37,643 bases of DNA from the IMG/VR virus record IMGVR_UViG_3300011815_000001; one strand, given 5' to 3'. Source of the stretch: an uncultured virus (IMG/VR IMGVR_UViG_3300011815_000001). Taxonomy: Duplodnaviria; Heunggongvirae; Uroviricota; Caudoviricetes. Position 1 is the first letter of the stretch, and every line of letters begins with the position of its first letter. A program made the position numbers and the translations under genes. Shown here one piece after another: positions 36,976-37,643 of the stretch. Under the pieces are notes generated by a model. That model searched no databases, was not told the DNA's origin, and was given only the letters and a program-made list of their open reading frames with translations.

Positions 36976-37004
36976 ATTATACAATATAAATTTTTGCTTT
37001 GCAA
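36976..37004 (-). promoter_or_regulatory. Strong sigmaA promoter (early)
   Basis: TTGCAA, 17 bp, TATAAT. Confidence 0.75.
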
Positions 37005-37201
37005 CAACTTTTTATAATTAATTATAACTTAATTTCTTGATTGTTGTTGCCGTTAACGCTTTACCTATTACTTATTATACGCTCTTTTTCAAATAATGTA
37101 ACTATTATTCAATATTAATTATTTAATTTATGAAAACCGTTGTACATGCGCTTACTGCAACCAATATGACTATTGATAGGAAACCAATTACATGAGATGT
37201 T

Positions 37202-37377
37202 NNNNNNNNNNNNNNNNNNNNNNNNNNNNNNNNNNNNNNNNNNNNNNNNNNNNNNNNNNNNNNNNNNNNNNNNNNNNNNNNNNNNNNNNNNNNNNNNNNN
37301 NNNNNNNNNNNNNNNNNNNNNNNNNNNNNNNNNNNNNNNNNNNNNNNNNNNNNNNNNNNNNNNNNNNNNNNNNNNNN
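37202..37377. other. Assembly gap (N run)
   Basis: 176 consecutive N. Confidence 1.
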
Positions 37378-37471
37378 CTTCTTTTAACTCTTCTGGTACA
37401 ATTTTTACACCGTCTTCATCTTGATCTAATACAAAGAACCAATCAAATAAAGCTGTTGAAAATTTGTTCAT
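37378..37471 (-). CDS. Hypothetical protein, 5' part only (interrupted by the gap)
   Basis: AGGAGG SD, then MNKFSTALFDWFF. Confidence 0.5.
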
Positions 37472-37643
37472 TTTGTTAACCTCCTATTAGTTCGTTTCGT
37501 TATATACATCATATTATAACTATACGTTAATTGCAACTAAATTATGCAATATAAATTAATTAATTTTAGTCTGGTGCATGCAGTTGATCGGATATGGTAT
37601 AGGTAAGGAAAACGCAAAACACTATATAATAGAAGAAACTCAA

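Noticed and set aside
37115..37479. ORFs spanning the N run
   Set aside because: The frame across the gap is unknown. Only the 5' part of the minus-strand ORF is supportable.

Overview
A low-GC Bacillaceae-type temperate phage segment that resembles SPbeta. One assembly gap lies at 37202-37377. (1) 1-24190, minus strand: a YonO-like single-subunit RNA polymerase, HU, PIN-PhoH, a metallophosphoesterase, a ClpP-like protease, then terminase, portal, head protease/scaffold, capsid, head-completion and tail genes, a freestanding GIY-YIG endonuclease and a tyrosine recombinase. The large terminase is split in its Walker A motif by a 275-nt ORF-less group I intron (15186-15460). (2) 24444-27822, plus strand: a RecD2-like helicase and an HTH protein. 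(3) 27823-29912: about 2.1 kb of non-coding DNA with a G/C skew flip, degenerate ~190-bp repeats, phased palindromes, orphan sigmaA promoters and a large inverted repeat at each end. (4) 29913-37643, minus strand: small putative early genes, including ArdA, a TnpA-less TnpB and an unannotated 33-aa duplicated peptide. The main unexplained signals are a transcription-oriented intergenic 12-mer AATATTACATAA (9 exact and 4 near copies), a multi-branched candidate ncRNA and a parS-like palindrome at ~19.0-19.25 kb, and structured leader RNAs at 4.7 and 36.9 kb. All family calls come from motifs and gene order recognised by eye; no searches were run.
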